A model generated the notes under the pieces. The model searched no databases. It saw only the letters and a list, made by a program, of their open reading frames with translations, and had not been told where the DNA came from. A stretch of 22,218 nt of DNA from Paraspadella gotoi. Its lineage: Eukaryota > Animalia > Chaetognatha. The stretch covers positions 1-22,218 of the forward strand of contig JBJCIZ010000531.1 in the NCBI GenBank assembly GCA_051294375.1, in the 5' to 3' direction. Below, piece after piece: positions 21,707 through 22,218 of this stretch. The position numbers were made by a program, and so were the translations under genes. The first letter of the stretch is position 1. Each line of letters begins with the position of its first letter.

Positions 21707-22218
21707 TTATGGGAGACTCAGTTGTGGGCCAATGAGAACAGGGCCCTGGGGCTTGGTGAAGTGAGAGAGAGAGAAAAGTAGATGGTAGAATTTTGCTGTG
21801 AATGATCTTCAGATTGTTTCTTGCGCTCACAAAGGAAAGAGCTATTGAAAATATTCTCCTGACTTTACCTCGTGTTTGAATATTAATAAAATCCCTTATC
21901 GTTGTCACTTCGAGTATTTGTTCACTACCTCCGGTCGAGTTATCATAAACTTTGATGGTATCGATCTCCGCCGACGAAGACGACAATTTTTCAGCGGCGA
22001 GCGGCGATCGAGGGCGAACGGAAGCAGAATACGCTGGATGAAAATCGCTATCACTAATATTAGTATTAATATTAGTATTATTTTCAAGAGAAGCGATGTT
22101 CGAAGTTCTTGAGAGCGTCGATTGTAAAGTAGAATCAAAATCATCATTCCCTCTCTTGCAAATAAAGTTTTGATCAATGCTTGGTCCGCTCGGCCAAATA
22201 TCCCGATCAAACAGAAGT

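Noticed and set aside
21905-22210. 101-aa minus-strand ORF with a hydrophobic ILILIL stretch
   Set aside because: The hydrophobic run comes from a short aatattagtatt repeat, and there is no other coding evidence.

Overview
This window looks like a eukaryotic draft-assembly region, mixing accurate contigs with noisy long-read-like fill and 10-N and 25-N gaps. Almost all of it comes from one family of Ty3/Gypsy-type (Metaviridae-like) LTR retroelement. Removing the duplicated and inverted blocks gives this order: gag-like region (1-~4000), RT (5042-5497 joined to 13238-13710, YVDD), RNase H (to 14161), a ~380-codon insert, integrase (HHCC, DDE, GPY/F; to 16573, continuing at 19082-19146), a ~450-bp spacer, an env-like type I membrane glycoprotein (19594-21509) and a candidate PPT. 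Two things stand out. First, the cysteine and motif pattern of env resembles chuvirus-type / herpes gB-like class III fusion glycoproteins, and its 3' end differs between two copies by synonymous substitutions. Second, the Pol insert begins with a domain that reads like an OTU (deubiquitinase-fold) domain, possibly catalytically altered. The tandem duplication (284-3153), the noisy inverted pol copy (~6560-11760) and the 2.5-kb fold-back (16599-21602) are most likely assembly or gap-filling products, although they sample different family members. All homology calls are by eye; no searches were run.
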